Both the position numbers and the translations under genes were made by a program. A model generated the notes under the pieces. The model worked only from the letters and a program-made list of their open reading frames with translations, was not told the DNA's origin and did not search any database. A stretch of DNA of 64,000 nt, taken from positions 431 through 64,430 of the IMG/VR virus record IMGVR_UViG_3300025288_000016; one strand, 5' to 3'. The stretch is from a virus. Taxonomy: Duplodnaviria > Heunggongvirae > Uroviricota > Caudoviricetes > Crassvirales. Positions 10,617-20,767 of this stretch are shown piece after piece (the first letter of the stretch is position 1; each line of letters begins with the position of its first letter).

Positions 10617-12899
10617 TTATTCTTCATCAGAATACATTATTCTTTCATTAGTTTTATTACGATTTTTATAATTTTTATTAAAAAAAGAATCATTTGATAA
10701 ATTTTTAATTTTTTCTCCTTGTCTTGCTTTAACAGATTCACTTCGTTTAACTCTATCTTCTCTAAGTATAAATAACATTATACCTGCTGAAACCCTATCA
10801 AAGTTACCATCTGAGTTCCACTTAATACATTCTTCTATATAAGCTAAACCTCTTAATCTATGAAGATTTAATCTAGTATCTTCTTCATCACCATAAGCTT
10901 TACTTCTTTGCCAATCAGCTTGAAGTAATCTACCCCATGAATTTATTTGTGCATTTGCATGTGTACCTTTAGCATTATTACCATAAAGATTAGTAGCTTT
11001 CATAAAATTCATATCTTTAAGTATTTGTGGGTTATCTGCTAAATAATGTAAACTATTATGTTTATCAAAATAACTAAATAAACCTTTTAAGTTTTTTTCA
11101 TAATTTCCTTCTGCATTATAAAACTTTAATGTTCTTAAAGCTATTTCGTATGCTTCATTAGCTGTTCTAGGTCTACCAGAATATTCTGCTACAATTCTAT
11201 CAGTAAAAGTGTCCATTACTAATATACTAAATAAAGATTCACCTGTATCAGCATCAATAGGGTCAATTCCAGCAATATATCTACCTCTAGGAATATAACC
11301 TTCAGAATTCTTTTTAGGCATTTCAAATATTTCTAAAGCTCCTGATTTATCTGCACTAGCAGTATCATAACTTCTTAAAGGATGTCTATCAGAATTAGGT
11401 CTCCATACAATAGTTCCAGTAGTATCATATACTAATTCACCAACCATGTGTTCTGCAAGAAAGCTATCTTTTTTAACAGATATTTGTTCTAAATATTCTT
11501 TTAAATCTGCTACAGGAAATACAGTACCTTCAGTACGCATTACTGCTTCTTGTGGAGTTATAGGTTCTTCTGCTTTCTTTTGTGTAATAGCATTAGCATC
11601 AGATGAACTATATTTCACTTCATATCTATCTAAACATATTTCTAGTAAAGCTTTAATTATATCTGGTTCACCTGTATTTTCGTTATAACATTTATTTCTA
11701 TTTAAATATGCTCCCCAAAAGAATCCGCATTTTGTACTACCATCAGTATTTCTATCAAATACATTAGGAATACCATATATTTTATATGCTTTAGGTCTAT
11801 AAAATAATTTTTCAGAACCAGCAAATGACGCTCCCTCAACTCCACCAGTACCACCAGCAAGCATAAATCCAGAAGCTACACCACCATCTTCCACAGCTTT
11901 TCTATTTACGTTCCAAGCTTTTTCTAAATTAGGAAACAAACCGTCTTCTTCATAATGGATTAGAGGTCCTCTGATACCCCTTGCTTTATCTGGATTATCT
12001 TTCATTGATATACCAAATACAGAAGATAATAAACCTTTTCTTCCACCATATTCATCTTCATATCCTAACTGGAGTTCCATAGCTTTTTTACCATCTTGTA
12101 ATCTCATTCTAGGTAAAGGGGTATGCGCAGCTATAAAATCTAAATTATCTAAAATTTTACCCCATATACCTTTATCGCCAGTTAAAAATGTTTTTTCAGA
12201 AGCTAAATGAAAATTAGGGTTTTGTGACCCAGGTAATACATACATATTTCTAGGACTCCAAGATGCAGTTTTTAAACTAAATCCAACTCCCCTAGTTTTT
12301 AATAACTTTCCATGCTCTCCTTCTTCTTTAGCAGCATGAACATAATGATGAAATAAATAATCCCCTAACCATGGTTTAGGAAATTTTTTAACTCTTTCCA
12401 CACGTTTCTTACTACGTGTATTTTTATCTTTTTCTGTTAAAGGAATTTGTGTATAATTCCAATAAAAATATAATTCCCCTGGAATCCATTCACCATCTTC
12501 TCTTATTTGACCATATTTCCATTTATATAATTCTTCTTTCCAAAATTGTGCATATTCAGATTTAGGATTACCATTTGGTATTAAATTAGTATATTTTCCA
12601 TTTTTTTCAAAAAATATTGCTTTCTCTCTAAAAAAATCCATATTTTCTAAAATATGAGGATTAGTTATATCTATAACTTTTCTACCATCTTCATATTCTT
12701 TAATAGTATCGTCATCATCTTCATAAGTCATTACAGGTTTATCTTTAATAAAACCTCTTATTTCTTCTGGAGCAATTAAATTTTGAATGAATTTTACTTG
12801 TGATATATATTCTAATATATCATCCCAAACTTCTTTAGGAACAGAATCTCTAACTTCATCAGTTAAAGAACTCTGGTAACTATTCATTTTTATATCCAT
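10617..12899 (-). CDS. putative terminase large subunit (atypical, 760 aa)
   Basis: Lies immediately upstream of the portal gene. The C-terminal region carries an RNaseH-like nuclease signature (YIAGIDPIDADTGESLFSILVMD). No clean Walker A was found. Confidence 0.4.
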   Translation of the reverse strand: MDIKMNSYQSSLTDEVRDSVPKEVWDDILEYISQVKFIQNLIAPEEIRGFIKDKPVMTYEDDDDTIKEYEDGRKVIDITNPHILENMDFFREKAIFFEKNGKYTNLIPNGNPKSEYAQFWKEELYKWKYGQIREDGEWIPGELYFYWNYTQIPLTEKDKNTRSKKRVERVKKFPKPWLGDYLFHHYVHAAKEEGEHGKLLKTRGVGFSLKTASWSPRNMYVLPGSQNPNFHLASEKTFLTGDKGIWGKILDNLDFIAAHTPLPRMRLQDGKKAMELQLGYEDEYGGRKGLLSSVFGISMKDNPDKARGIRGPLIHYEEDGLFPNLEKAWNVNRKAVEDGGVASGFMLAGGTGGVEGASFAGSEKLFYRPKAYKIYGIPNVFDRNTDGSTKCGFFWGAYLNRNKCYNENTGEPDIIKALLEICLDRYEVKYSSSDANAITQKKAEEPITPQEAVMRTEGTVFPVADLKEYLEQISVKKDSFLAEHMVGELVYDTTGTIVWRPNSDRHPLRSYDTASADKSGALEIFEMPKKNSEGYIPRGRYIAGIDPIDADTGESLFSILVMDTFTDRIVAEYSGRPRTANEAYEIALRTLKFYNAEGNYEKNLKGLFSYFDKHNSLHYLADNPQILKDMNFMKATNLYGNNAKGTHANAQINSWGRLLQADWQRSKAYGDEEDTRLNLHRLRGLAYIEECIKWNSDGNFDRVSAGIMLFILREDRVKRSESVKARQGEKIKNLSNDSFFNKNYKNRNKTNERIMYSDEE

Positions 12900-14347
12900 A
12901 ATCTATTATTTATTACTACAGCTTTAGTAGATAATATTACTTTAGCTATTGATATAGCATTTTGTAAAGCTACTCTAGTTACTTTAGTTGGGTCAACGAT
13001 ACCAAGTTTAAATAAATTATTTCTAACTATTTTCATATCTCCTCCATTTTTAAAAATATTATCTATAGGTGCATGTAAACAATATTGAAATTTATTATTA
13101 ATATATAATTCTCCTATAAAAGATAACTCTTTACCAGCTCCTTGAATAATACCTTCTTCTAAAGCACAACTAACAGCAAGTACAGCATCATCAATTCTAT
13201 CTTTTCTTTCTTTCATTTCAAGTTCAGATTTACCACCTACTTTAATTACAGAAATACTACCAGATAAATTATCAATTCTTTGTTGTGTTAATTCTTTTTG
13301 TGTATCTGTTAAATCAGATAAGCTTTCTTTAAGTTTATTAGCTAATTCTAAAGCTTCTATTGGTATATCTTCTTTAGTTAGTAATATACTATCACTTGTA
13401 GCTTTTAAAGAGCTTATATGTCCAATTTTACCACCAGCAAATAATGTTATATCATTCATCAAATCTTTACGATGTGTAGCAAATCCTGGAGATTTAAGTA
13501 AAGCTATATTTAATAATCCTCTATTATAATTATCTCTTAAAATAGATATTACACTATCAGAGAAATGGTCTGCTATTATAGCTATACCTTTAGGATTTTG
13601 TTCGATAATTTTAGCATAAGGTTTTAAATCATCTAAATGTCCTTCTACTACTAATAGGGGAATATCATTATATTCAATTGATTGTTTAGATGGATTATTT
13701 ATAAATGCTTTATCAAAATATCCACTATTTAATCTCATACCTTTAAGAGTAATTAATTCATCATATTCTTTATTACCTTCTTCTACTTTAACAGTATTAG
13801 AATTATTAAAAGCTTGTTGAATTAATTCTCCTATAATATCATCATTATTAGCTGATATGGTTGCTACTTCATATATTTTTTCTTTATTTAATTTATTAGA
13901 ACATAATTTAAGTTCTTTTAATACATCTTTTTCTAAATTATCTAATTCTAATTTTATTTCATTATATGTTAAAGTTTCTTTTTTATTAAATAATTTTTGT
14001 ATAAAATTTCTATTATCTTTTTTTAATAATTCAAATCCTTTATTAATAAAAGCTTGAGCTAAACATATAGATGTAGTAGTACCATCACCTGCTTCTTTAA
14101 CAGTATTTTGAGCAGCTTGTTTTACTAAATTAGCAGCTATATTTTTAATAGGGTCTTCAAAAGTAATATAATTAGCCACAGATACACCATCTTTAGTTAC
14201 ATAAGGTTTACCATTACTATCAGCAATTATAACTGTACTACCATTAGGTCCGTATGTTAATAAAACAGTATCAGCTAATTCATTAATAGCTTCTAATAAT
14301 AATTTACTACAATTTTCTCCTGTTGTTATTTCTTTATTCATTTCCAA
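12890..14347 (-). CDS. groEL: GroEL-family (Cpn60) chaperonin
   Basis: Recognisable blocks: LTYGPNGSTV..VTKDGVSVA, AGDGTTTS.CLAQAF, ATISANNDDIIGELI, ALLKSPGF..RKDLMNDITLFAGGK, ISVIKVGG.SELEMKERKDRIDDA and LGIVDPTKVTRVALQNAISIA. The last block is near-identical to GroEL [21 protein letters not shown]. Confidence 0.9.
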   Translation of the reverse strand: MEMNKEITTGENCSKLLLEAINELADTVLLTYGPNGSTVIIADSNGKPYVTKDGVSVANYITFEDPIKNIAANLVKQAAQNTVKEAGDGTTTSICLAQAFINKGFELLKKDNRNFIQKLFNKKETLTYNEIKLELDNLEKDVLKELKLCSNKLNKEKIYEVATISANNDDIIGELIQQAFNNSNTVKVEEGNKEYDELITLKGMRLNSGYFDKAFINNPSKQSIEYNDIPLLVVEGHLDDLKPYAKIIEQNPKGIAIIADHFSDSVISILRDNYNRGLLNIALLKSPGFATHRKDLMNDITLFAGGKIGHISSLKATSDSILLTKEDIPIEALELANKLKESLSDLTDTQKELTQQRIDNLSGSISVIKVGGKSELEMKERKDRIDDAVLAVSCALEEGIIQGAGKELSFIGELYINNKFQYCLHAPIDNIFKNGGDMKIVRNNLFKLGIVDPTKVTRVALQNAISIAKVILSTKAVVINNRLWI

Positions 14348-14900
14348 AATCTAAATTATCTTCAAATAAATTAAATGATTTACTTCCTTTTTTCTTATTC
14401 TCTATATCTTCTTTTTCTTTAACTACTTCTTTATATGCTGACTTTAAATCTGTCATAAGTTTAGGTACTCTTTGAATAGCTGTTGTTATTTTACTAATAT
14501 CATTAACTGGATTACCTCTAACATCTCTTTCAGACAATAAAGTTTCAGCATTTTCAAGATAATCACCAATAGCTGCAACAGCTTTTAAAGTTTGTCTATA
14601 AAGTTTTTCAAGTACAGTATCATGTTTAACATATAAAGCAATAGCTTCTTCTATAACAGAATCAATAACCCAATTATCTGGTAAACCAATATCATGTTTA
14701 ATTTCATCTATTCTATCAGCTTCTTTCATAGCTAAATAATCAGACCTAATATCACAATAGAAATATAAAAAAAGCATTTCTTTCATTGCTTTTTCTTTCT
14801 CTTTTGATTTATCACGTTTAAGTATTTTATTAAATGGCAATAGTCCCCAAACTTCTTCGGAGACTACTAATTGCCAATTTTTTATTTCAAATAATTTCAT
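14334..14900 (-). CDS. hypothetical protein
   Basis: 188-aa ORF. Confidence 0.4.
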   Translation of the reverse strand: MKLFEIKNWQLVVSEEVWGLLPFNKILKRDKSKEKEKAMKEMLFLYFYCDIRSDYLAMKEADRIDEIKHDIGLPDNWVIDSVIEEAIALYVKHDTVLEKLYRQTLKAVAAIGDYLENAETLLSERDVRGNPVNDISKITTAIQRVPKLMTDLKSAYKEVVKEKEDIENKKKGSKSFNLFEDNLDFGNE

Positions 14901-15148
14901 TAGTTTTTAATATTACTAATTGCTTTTTCTATACTTTCTTTTGTATCTTTTTTTATAGATTTAGAAGATTCATTTAATGATTTATTAACTTTTTCAGAAT
15001 TAAGAGCTTCTGTTCTTTCAACATATTGTTGAACTTCTACTAAAGAATTATATAATAATGCTACATCTTCTGTTTTTTTAAATGCTCCATTTGATAGAGC
15101 TATATCTAAACCTTGTTTTAATATATTTACTGCTTCTTTTATTTTCAT
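14900..15148 (-). CDS. hypothetical small protein
   Basis: 82-aa ORF. Confidence 0.35.
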   Translation of the reverse strand: MKIKEAVNILKQGLDIALSNGAFKKTEDVALLYNSLVEVQQYVERTEALNSEKVNKSLNESSKSIKKDTKESIEKAISNIKN

Positions 15149-15160
15149 TATATTTATATT

Positions 15161-15523
15161 TTATCTTAAATCAATTGCATCGACAACATTGTCATTTATT
15201 AATCCATAAACTTTACCATTTACTAATACTGGTTTAATTTTAATTCTACCAATCTTTTCATATGAATTTTCAGGACTTTGATGATATTCCATCATTTTTT
15301 CTAAATCTAGTAATACTTTACCACCTGGTTTTATATCAGTAATATATGTTCCTACTGCTAATACATATTGTACTTCTGAAAATGAATTATCTGATAATAC
15401 TAATCCCCCATCTGGTTCTTCCATATTTAAAGTAATTATTAATCTTCTACCTAATGGTAAAATTGGGAAATCTTTTATTATATCTAATACATCATCATGT
15501 GTCATATTTTCTACTTCTTCCAT
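15161..15523 (-). CDS. GroES/T4 gp31-like co-chaperonin
   Basis: 120 aa; ILPLGRRLIITL..EEPDGGLVL...VLAVGT......GGKVLL pattern resembling the Cpn10 fold. Located two genes from the GroEL homologue. Confidence 0.5.
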   Translation of the reverse strand: MEEVENMTHDDVLDIIKDFPILPLGRRLIITLNMEEPDGGLVLSDNSFSEVQYVLAVGTYITDIKPGGKVLLDLEKMMEYHQSPENSYEKIGRIKIKPVLVNGKVYGLINDNVVDAIDLR

Positions 15524-15798
15524 TTATTTAAATTTAATTTATTATTATTTTTTAGTTTTTTTTCAAATGCTACAGGATTAATAAATATTTTTGCAAATCC
15601 TGTAAACATAAAATTTTTTTTTATTTTATCTAATTCTTCTAAATTGGTTATATCATCTAATTTTAAGTTTTTAATAATTAAAGCACTAAATTCATAAGGT
15701 GATTCAACTAATTCTTTTATATCACTATCTTTAAGTTGATATTTTAAACCTAATTTATGTATTAAAGTTTTTACTTTTAAACCATCAATATTACTCAT
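15511..15798 (-). CDS. hypothetical small protein
   Basis: 95-aa ORF. Confidence 0.35.
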   Translation of the reverse strand: MSNIDGLKVKTLIHKLGLKYQLKDSDIKELVESPYEFSALIIKNLKLDDITNLEELDKIKKNFMFTGFAKIFINPVAFEKKLKNNNKLNLNKWKK

Positions 15799-16165
15799 TT
15801 ATTAAATTAAAGTTAAAAATTATTTTAAATTGTTTGTCTTCTTTTTTTAATTCAGGAATAAATGAAGGTGTAATAACATTATCAATAATAATTTTCTTTT
15901 TTCTAAATTGAGTTAAAGTATTTTGTAATACTTGGTCTGTTATGTTTAATTCTTCTTTTATTTCTTTTTTAGTATCATAATCAAATAATATTTTCCATAG
16001 GATTTTGTTATTTGTTATATCTTGTTTTAATTTAAAATGATAATATAAAAATAAAGATAATATATCTTGTTGTTGTTTAGTGAGTCCATGATAAGGTTTA
16101 GTTATCTGTAACCACTTTTTAAATAAATCCTTCTGTAAAATATTTATATTTATTATTTTATTCAT
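15791..16165 (-). CDS. hypothetical protein
   Basis: 124-aa ORF. Confidence 0.4.
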   Translation of the reverse strand: MNKIININILQKDLFKKWLQITKPYHGLTKQQQDILSLFLYYHFKLKQDITNNKILWKILFDYDTKKEIKEELNITDQVLQNTLTQFRKKKIIIDNVITPSFIPELKKEDKQFKIIFNFNLINE

Positions 16166-16829
16166 CCTCTAAATAATTAATTATCTTAGTTAAGATAGGA
16201 TTTCTATGATTAGAAAGTAATGTTGTAAAACCTACTAATCCAGAGTTTTCTAATTTATTAATTTTATAATAACAAGAATTTTTAGATATTGATTTGTCTA
16301 TTTGTTCTTTACTACCACAAAATATAATTTTACTATTTCTACCTAATCTAGTTAATATAGTTCTAAAATCATTATAATCCATATCTTGAAATTCATCTAC
16401 TATAACAACAGAATCCATAAATGTAACACCTTTAGCTACTTCAATTGGCATAATTTGTAAATCACCATTTATTTGCATCTTAGTTGTGTTTTCTTTACCT
16501 TGACATACTTCTAAATTTTGTAATATAGGAAATACATAAGGAAACATCTTTTCTTCTAAAGTACCTGGTAAGGCTGCTAATCCATTTTTAAGCATTGGTC
16601 TAGTAATCCATATCTTATTAAATTGTTTCTTTCTAAAAGAAGATATCGCAGTATAAGTAGCTACTAAAGATTTACCACTTCCAAAATCTCCTAGAATAAA
16701 GTTTACATCATAATTATAAAATTTAGCTAAAACTTCTTTTTGTTCATCATTAAGACTTACTTTTAATTTTGGTTCATTTTTTAATACTCTTTTTTCTTTA
16801 TTCTTTATTTCCATATCTTTTAAATCCAC
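16158..16829 (-). CDS. phoH: PhoH-like P-loop ATPase
   Basis: Walker A GDFGSGKS and a VIVDEFQDMD Walker B/DEAQ-like box. Size and order are typical of phage PhoH. Confidence 0.6.
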   Translation of the reverse strand: MDLKDMEIKNKEKRVLKNEPKLKVSLNDEQKEVLAKFYNYDVNFILGDFGSGKSLVATYTAISSFRKKQFNKIWITRPMLKNGLAALPGTLEEKMFPYVFPILQNLEVCQGKENTTKMQINGDLQIMPIEVAKGVTFMDSVVIVDEFQDMDYNDFRTILTRLGRNSKIIFCGSKEQIDKSISKNSCYYKINKLENSGLVGFTTLLSNHRNPILTKIINYLEDE

Positions 16830-17100
16830 TTATTACTAATCTTGTATTTTTATTATAATTTTTAAGTTTATTGTCTAAAGTTTTGTAATTACCTACTACT
16901 TTTATCATTTCTCCATCATAATTAATATAAGATACATTTTTAAATATTTTTCCTTTACTGCTAATATAAGGTTGTATTAAATTTACGTTATCTGGTTCTA
17001 TAATTATAGGTAATGTTACATTTTTAATTGCTACTATATCAACTAAACCTTCTTGGGTTTCTATTGTTTTATAAATATCTGCATATCTAATAATTATCAT
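16798..17100 (-). CDS. hypothetical protein
   Basis: 100-aa ORF. Confidence 0.35.
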   Translation of the reverse strand: MIIIRYADIYKTIETQEGLVDIVAIKNVTLPIIIEPDNVNLIQPYISSKGKIFKNVSYINYDGEMIKVVGNYKTLDNKLKNYNKNTRLVISGFKRYGNKE

Positions 17101-17410
17101 TTTTTTTATTTATTAAATATAATTCATAATCATAATATGTTGGAAATATATTAATAGCATTAATTTCTCCACATTTAGTACAATAATCATTGTCAAACTC
17201 ATCTTGTATTAAACCTAATGAATCACAATATTTACATGCAGCTGTTGGTAATAAATCATAATTAATTTTTTCTTCTTGTTTCATTTTATCTAATTTATCT
17301 TTTATAACTTGCACATATTCTGTATCAAAAGGTGGAAAAGGTGACATTTTATTATGATACTCCATAAATTCCAATAATTCAGTTAGATATTGTAAGAGTG
17401 TTTTTTTCAT
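17087..17410 (-). CDS. hypothetical zinc-ribbon protein
   Basis: CKYCDS...CTKCGE Cys pairs. Confidence 0.4.
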   Translation of the reverse strand: MKKTLLQYLTELLEFMEYHNKMSPFPPFDTEYVQVIKDKLDKMKQEEKINYDLLPTAACKYCDSLGLIQDEFDNDYCTKCGEINAINIFPTYYDYELYLINKKNDNY

Positions 17411-17603
17411 CTCGTTTTATGTTAATTTCTGCTATATAAAGTTTACCTTTACTTATATCATCAGTTTCTGAATATATATCAATACCATAATTATATATAT
17501 TATTATACTTTTTATTAAATAAGTCCATTTTTGTTTTAAAAGAATCTATTTCATTAAGTAATACTATTATTTTGGTTTTCTTTATTATATAAGTGTTGTT
17601 CAT
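17379..17603 (-). CDS. hypothetical small protein
   Basis: 74-aa ORF. Confidence 0.3.
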   Translation of the reverse strand: MNNTYIIKKTKIIVLLNEIDSFKTKMDLFNKKYNNIYNYGIDIYSETDDISKGKLYIAEINIKRDEKNTLTISN

Positions 17604-17895
17604 TTATATTATTTTCTTTTTTGTATATTTCCCATTCTTCATTATTCATAATATTAGGAAATCTTTCTCCATTATTACAAGATTCATCTTGGAATACTTT
17701 TTTGTTTACAGGACATCCACATTCTTTACATTCACCAGTAACTACACAATCATCTTTACATTTATATAATCTCCAAAGCCTTTGTTCTCTTAAATACTGT
17801 GGTTCACCTATAAGTTTATCATAATAGAATTTAGCATTACCTTCTATAAAATGAGCTATATTTTTTATGTTAAGTATATCTTTAATTTTCATCAT
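17554..17895 (-). CDS. hypothetical Cys-rich protein
   Basis: CKDDCVVTGECKECGCP motif. Confidence 0.4.
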   Translation of the reverse strand: MMKIKDILNIKNIAHFIEGNAKFYYDKLIGEPQYLREQRLWRLYKCKDDCVVTGECKECGCPVNKKVFQDESCNNGERFPNIMNNEEWEIYKKENNINEQHLYNKENQNNSIT

Positions 17896-18124
17896 TATTT
17901 ATTAATCCAATATTATTTAATTCAATTAAAATTTCTTCTTTATTATCACCTTCTATTGTTATTATATTATTTTCATAATCAACTATAATATTAGAATTTT
18001 TGCATTTACAATTTATATAATCCTGAACTTGTTCTAATAGTTTATTTCTAGTTTTATTTATGATTTCAGGTTCTTTTAAATAAGATAAAATTTCTTTTAA
18101 TTCATCAATTTTCATATTTACCAA
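17882..18124 (-). CDS. hypothetical small protein
   Basis: 80-aa ORF. Confidence 0.3.
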   Translation of the reverse strand: MVNMKIDELKEILSYLKEPEIINKTRNKLLEQVQDYINCKCKNSNIIVDYENNIITIEGDNKEEILIELNNIGLINNDEN

Positions 18125-18353
18125 TTTTACCTAATAACAAAAATTTTTCCATACTTTCAATTTTTCTATCAGTATATTTAGTAGCTTCTTCAATTATATT
18201 ATCTTCATTAACTATAATACCGCTATCTTTAATCTTATCAGCTACTATATCTAATTCTCCTAATATCTTATAAAATTCTTTAGTTCTATGTTTAAGTTCT
18301 CTTTTATCTGCTATAGCTTTAGCTCTTTTTCCTCTTTTTAAAAAACTACTCAT
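18105..18353 (-). CDS. hypothetical small protein
   Basis: 82-aa ORF. Confidence 0.3.
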   Translation of the reverse strand: MSSFLKRGKRAKAIADKRELKHRTKEFYKILGELDIVADKIKDSGIIVNEDNIIEEATKYTDRKIESMEKFLLLGKIGKYEN

Positions 18354-18778
18354 AATATATTTAATTGTTTCATTAATTTTTTAAGTTCTGATTTATTTTT
18401 AATAATAAGTATATGTATTTGTTTATTATCCATTATATGTTTCATCATATAATCACTTTTAGAAGGGTCTATTGTGAACATTCCTAATTCATGTGTTTTA
18501 GGTCTATAATATAAGCATATATTATCTTTAAAAAATTTCCATTGTCCTTCATTACTAATTTTATCAAATTTCCAACCTAAACTTTCTATATCTTCTTTAT
18601 CAAGATATTTAACCCTAAATTCAGTAGGTACAGCATCATTTACATAAGAACTATAAAACCAATCATGTTCTTCTGATAAAACTACTTTAGTCCAATCTTT
18701 ACCAAATAACACATAATTACTTTCAAATTCAAATCCAAAATGAAATTCTTCTATTTCTGGTGTATAATATTTATTCAT
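18350..18778 (-). CDS. hypothetical protein, paralogue of 20768-21229
   Basis: Shares YYTP.IEEF..GFE.E, RVKYLDKEDIESLGW and KNKSELKKLM.QL.IL blocks with the ORF at 20768-21229. Confidence 0.5.
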   Translation of the reverse strand: MNKYYTPEIEEFHFGFEFESNYVLFGKDWTKVVLSEEHDWFYSSYVNDAVPTEFRVKYLDKEDIESLGWKFDKISNEGQWKFFKDNICLYYRPKTHELGMFTIDPSKSDYMMKHIMDNKQIHILIIKNKSELKKLMKQLNIL

Positions 18779-18970
18779 CTTTTATAGAACTTTGTTTACA
18801 TATTTTAATTTCATATTTTTTAACACCATTAGATTCATCTAAATAAGTTATAACATATTCCCCATCATTTATTTTTTGATGGATTAGTAAATAATCCTAT
18901 AAATTTATTAAATAATTTATCTTCATCTACAATATCATTTTTTAATATATAATCAATTATTCTCATTAAA

Positions 18971-19294
18971 TTATTCATGATTCATTAAATCTTTAGTTGT
19001 CATTATACTTTCTACAAACTTTTTAATATAATCAAATTCTCCTTTTTTAATAATTACAAAATCTGCTTCAAACTTTACATTTGTTATATCATTATAAGGA
19101 TAATCTTGTGTCTTACTAATCAATTCAGGAGCTAACCAGCTAGTTAAAATTTTTAAATATAATTCACGTTCTTTTTCTAGTTTTTCTTTGTTAAGAGTCC
19201 CACTTTGATTTATATTTATAGCTGTATAATATTCTCCTGTTATAGGAAATACATCTTCCTCTAATATTTCTAATACTTTTTCTTTATTCATCAC
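18971..19294 (-). CDS. hypothetical protein
   Basis: 107-aa ORF. Confidence 0.4.
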   Translation of the reverse strand: MMNKEKVLEILEEDVFPITGEYYTAININQSGTLNKEKLEKERELYLKILTSWLAPELISKTQDYPYNDITNVKFEADFVIIKKGEFDYIKKFVESIMTTKDLMNHE

Positions 19295-19565
19295 TTAAAT
19301 TACTTCTAATATCACTTTTAATTATCTCTTTACTATTAAAGATTAATTCATCTCTAATCCATTTTTTATTATTTTGTACAAAAATTAACAATATCTTATT
19401 ACCTTCTGAAGTTTCATTAACACCTACATTAATATTAGTATATTCATTTCCTCTATATTTATGAGTATAATAATGTTGTCTATTCCAAACTTCTTTAAGA
19501 TTATTAATTAAATCTTGTTTAATTTCTAAATATTTATTAAATATTGCTATTTCTGTTTTATTCAT
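19284..19565 (-). CDS. hypothetical protein
   Basis: 93-aa ORF. Confidence 0.35.
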   Translation of the reverse strand: MNKTEIAIFNKYLEIKQDLINNLKEVWNRQHYYTHKYRGNEYTNINVGVNETSEGNKILLIFVQNNKKWIRDELIFNSKEIIKSDIRSNLSDE

Positions 19566-19896
19566 AATGTGTTGTTAATTCATTTAAATTTATTACTGAT
19601 ATTTCAAATCCACTTTTTTCTAATACATCATTTAATTCATCTATCGTATTAACTTGAATATAATTAATATAGTATTCTTTAAATCTAATTGGATTATTAA
19701 AATAGTCTGAAATTGTTATATATCCATCTAAATCATAACTTAATAATAATACTTTATTAATTTCATTAGTATCACCTTTATGTTTAGTACCTATAGCTAA
19801 ATAATCATCTCTGTTAGGTCTATTGTTTGTAACAGATTGTTCACTAGTTCTCCAATAAGTAAACTTTTTATCTTCTATATTATTTTGTGTTAACAT
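19558..19896 (-). CDS. hypothetical protein
   Basis: 112-aa ORF. Confidence 0.4.
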   Translation of the reverse strand: MLTQNNIEDKKFTYWRTSEQSVTNNRPNRDDYLAIGTKHKGDTNEINKVLLLSYDLDGYITISDYFNNPIRFKEYYINYIQVNTIDELNDVLEKSGFEISVINLNELTTHYE

Positions 19897-19965
19897 ATTT
19901 CTTTTTTGTTACTTTTTTCTTTGTTGATACAAATGTACAAAATTTTTTTGACAATTCCTAATTTT

Positions 19966-20625
19966 TTAAAGATTATTTTCATATATTTTTAAATTCTTTT
20001 TAATTTTAAATCTAAATACATATCTTTTTCCAGTTCCTAAATGAATTTCTATCCAAAATTTATTATTAATTTTACCAGCAAAACTATATCTCCAATATAA
20101 AGTATTATCTATCTTATACCATAAATAAGATTTACCTAATATAGAATATTTTAAACTTAAATATTCACCTTTATTATCTTTATATTCACCTGACGAGTTA
20201 ACAAACTTTAATGTTGCAAATTCTTTTATATCTACTACTATTTTATTATTTCTATTTAAATCTAAAATTTTTATTTCTTCAAGTATTTCATGACCTTTTT
20301 TAGGAATTAAACTAGCTTGTAAATTCCATGCTGGATTTCTTAAAGCTAACCATTTATATGAGATTTTAAATTTACTCCACCAATCTGTTTTATTTCCATA
20401 CTTTAAACTATCTCTAAACCATTTAGTTCCATAAAATCCATCTTCATCATCAAAAAAATACCAAAATGGTTTTATATTATTTAATTTATTTCTAAAAGGA
20501 TATAAAAATGGATAAATTATTGGAGCAGATATAAATCCTAATAAATTTACTAACATTACTCCTATCCATTTAAAAATACTTATTGTTTTTTTTATTTTAA
20601 TCATTGTTTTTTTTATTTTAATCAT
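19966..20625 (-). CDS. hypothetical membrane protein
   Basis: N-terminal hydrophobic segment ISIFKWIGVMLVNLLGFISAPIIYPFLYPF. The start lies in a 21-bp tandem duplication (MIKIKKT x2). Confidence 0.45.
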   Translation of the reverse strand: MIKIKKTMIKIKKTISIFKWIGVMLVNLLGFISAPIIYPFLYPFRNKLNNIKPFWYFFDDEDGFYGTKWFRDSLKYGNKTDWWSKFKISYKWLALRNPAWNLQASLIPKKGHEILEEIKILDLNRNNKIVVDIKEFATLKFVNSSGEYKDNKGEYLSLKYSILGKSYLWYKIDNTLYWRYSFAGKINNKFWIEIHLGTGKRYVFRFKIKKNLKIYENNL

Positions 20626-20767
20626 TTTTTTCTTTTAATATATTCATCAACTAAAGCAATAACTCCAATCATAGCTAGACCTATTATAATAATCATTCCT
20701 ATTATATCATAATAACTTTCAAAAATACATCTACAGTTAGTCCATCTATATTCTTGTATTTGAGTTA

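Noticed and set aside
10617-12899. Considered annotating the 760-aa ORF confidently as TerL
   Set aside because: Only the nuclease-like IAGIDPIDADTGE block and gene order support it. I could not find a convincing Walker A/B pair by eye, so it is kept at low confidence.
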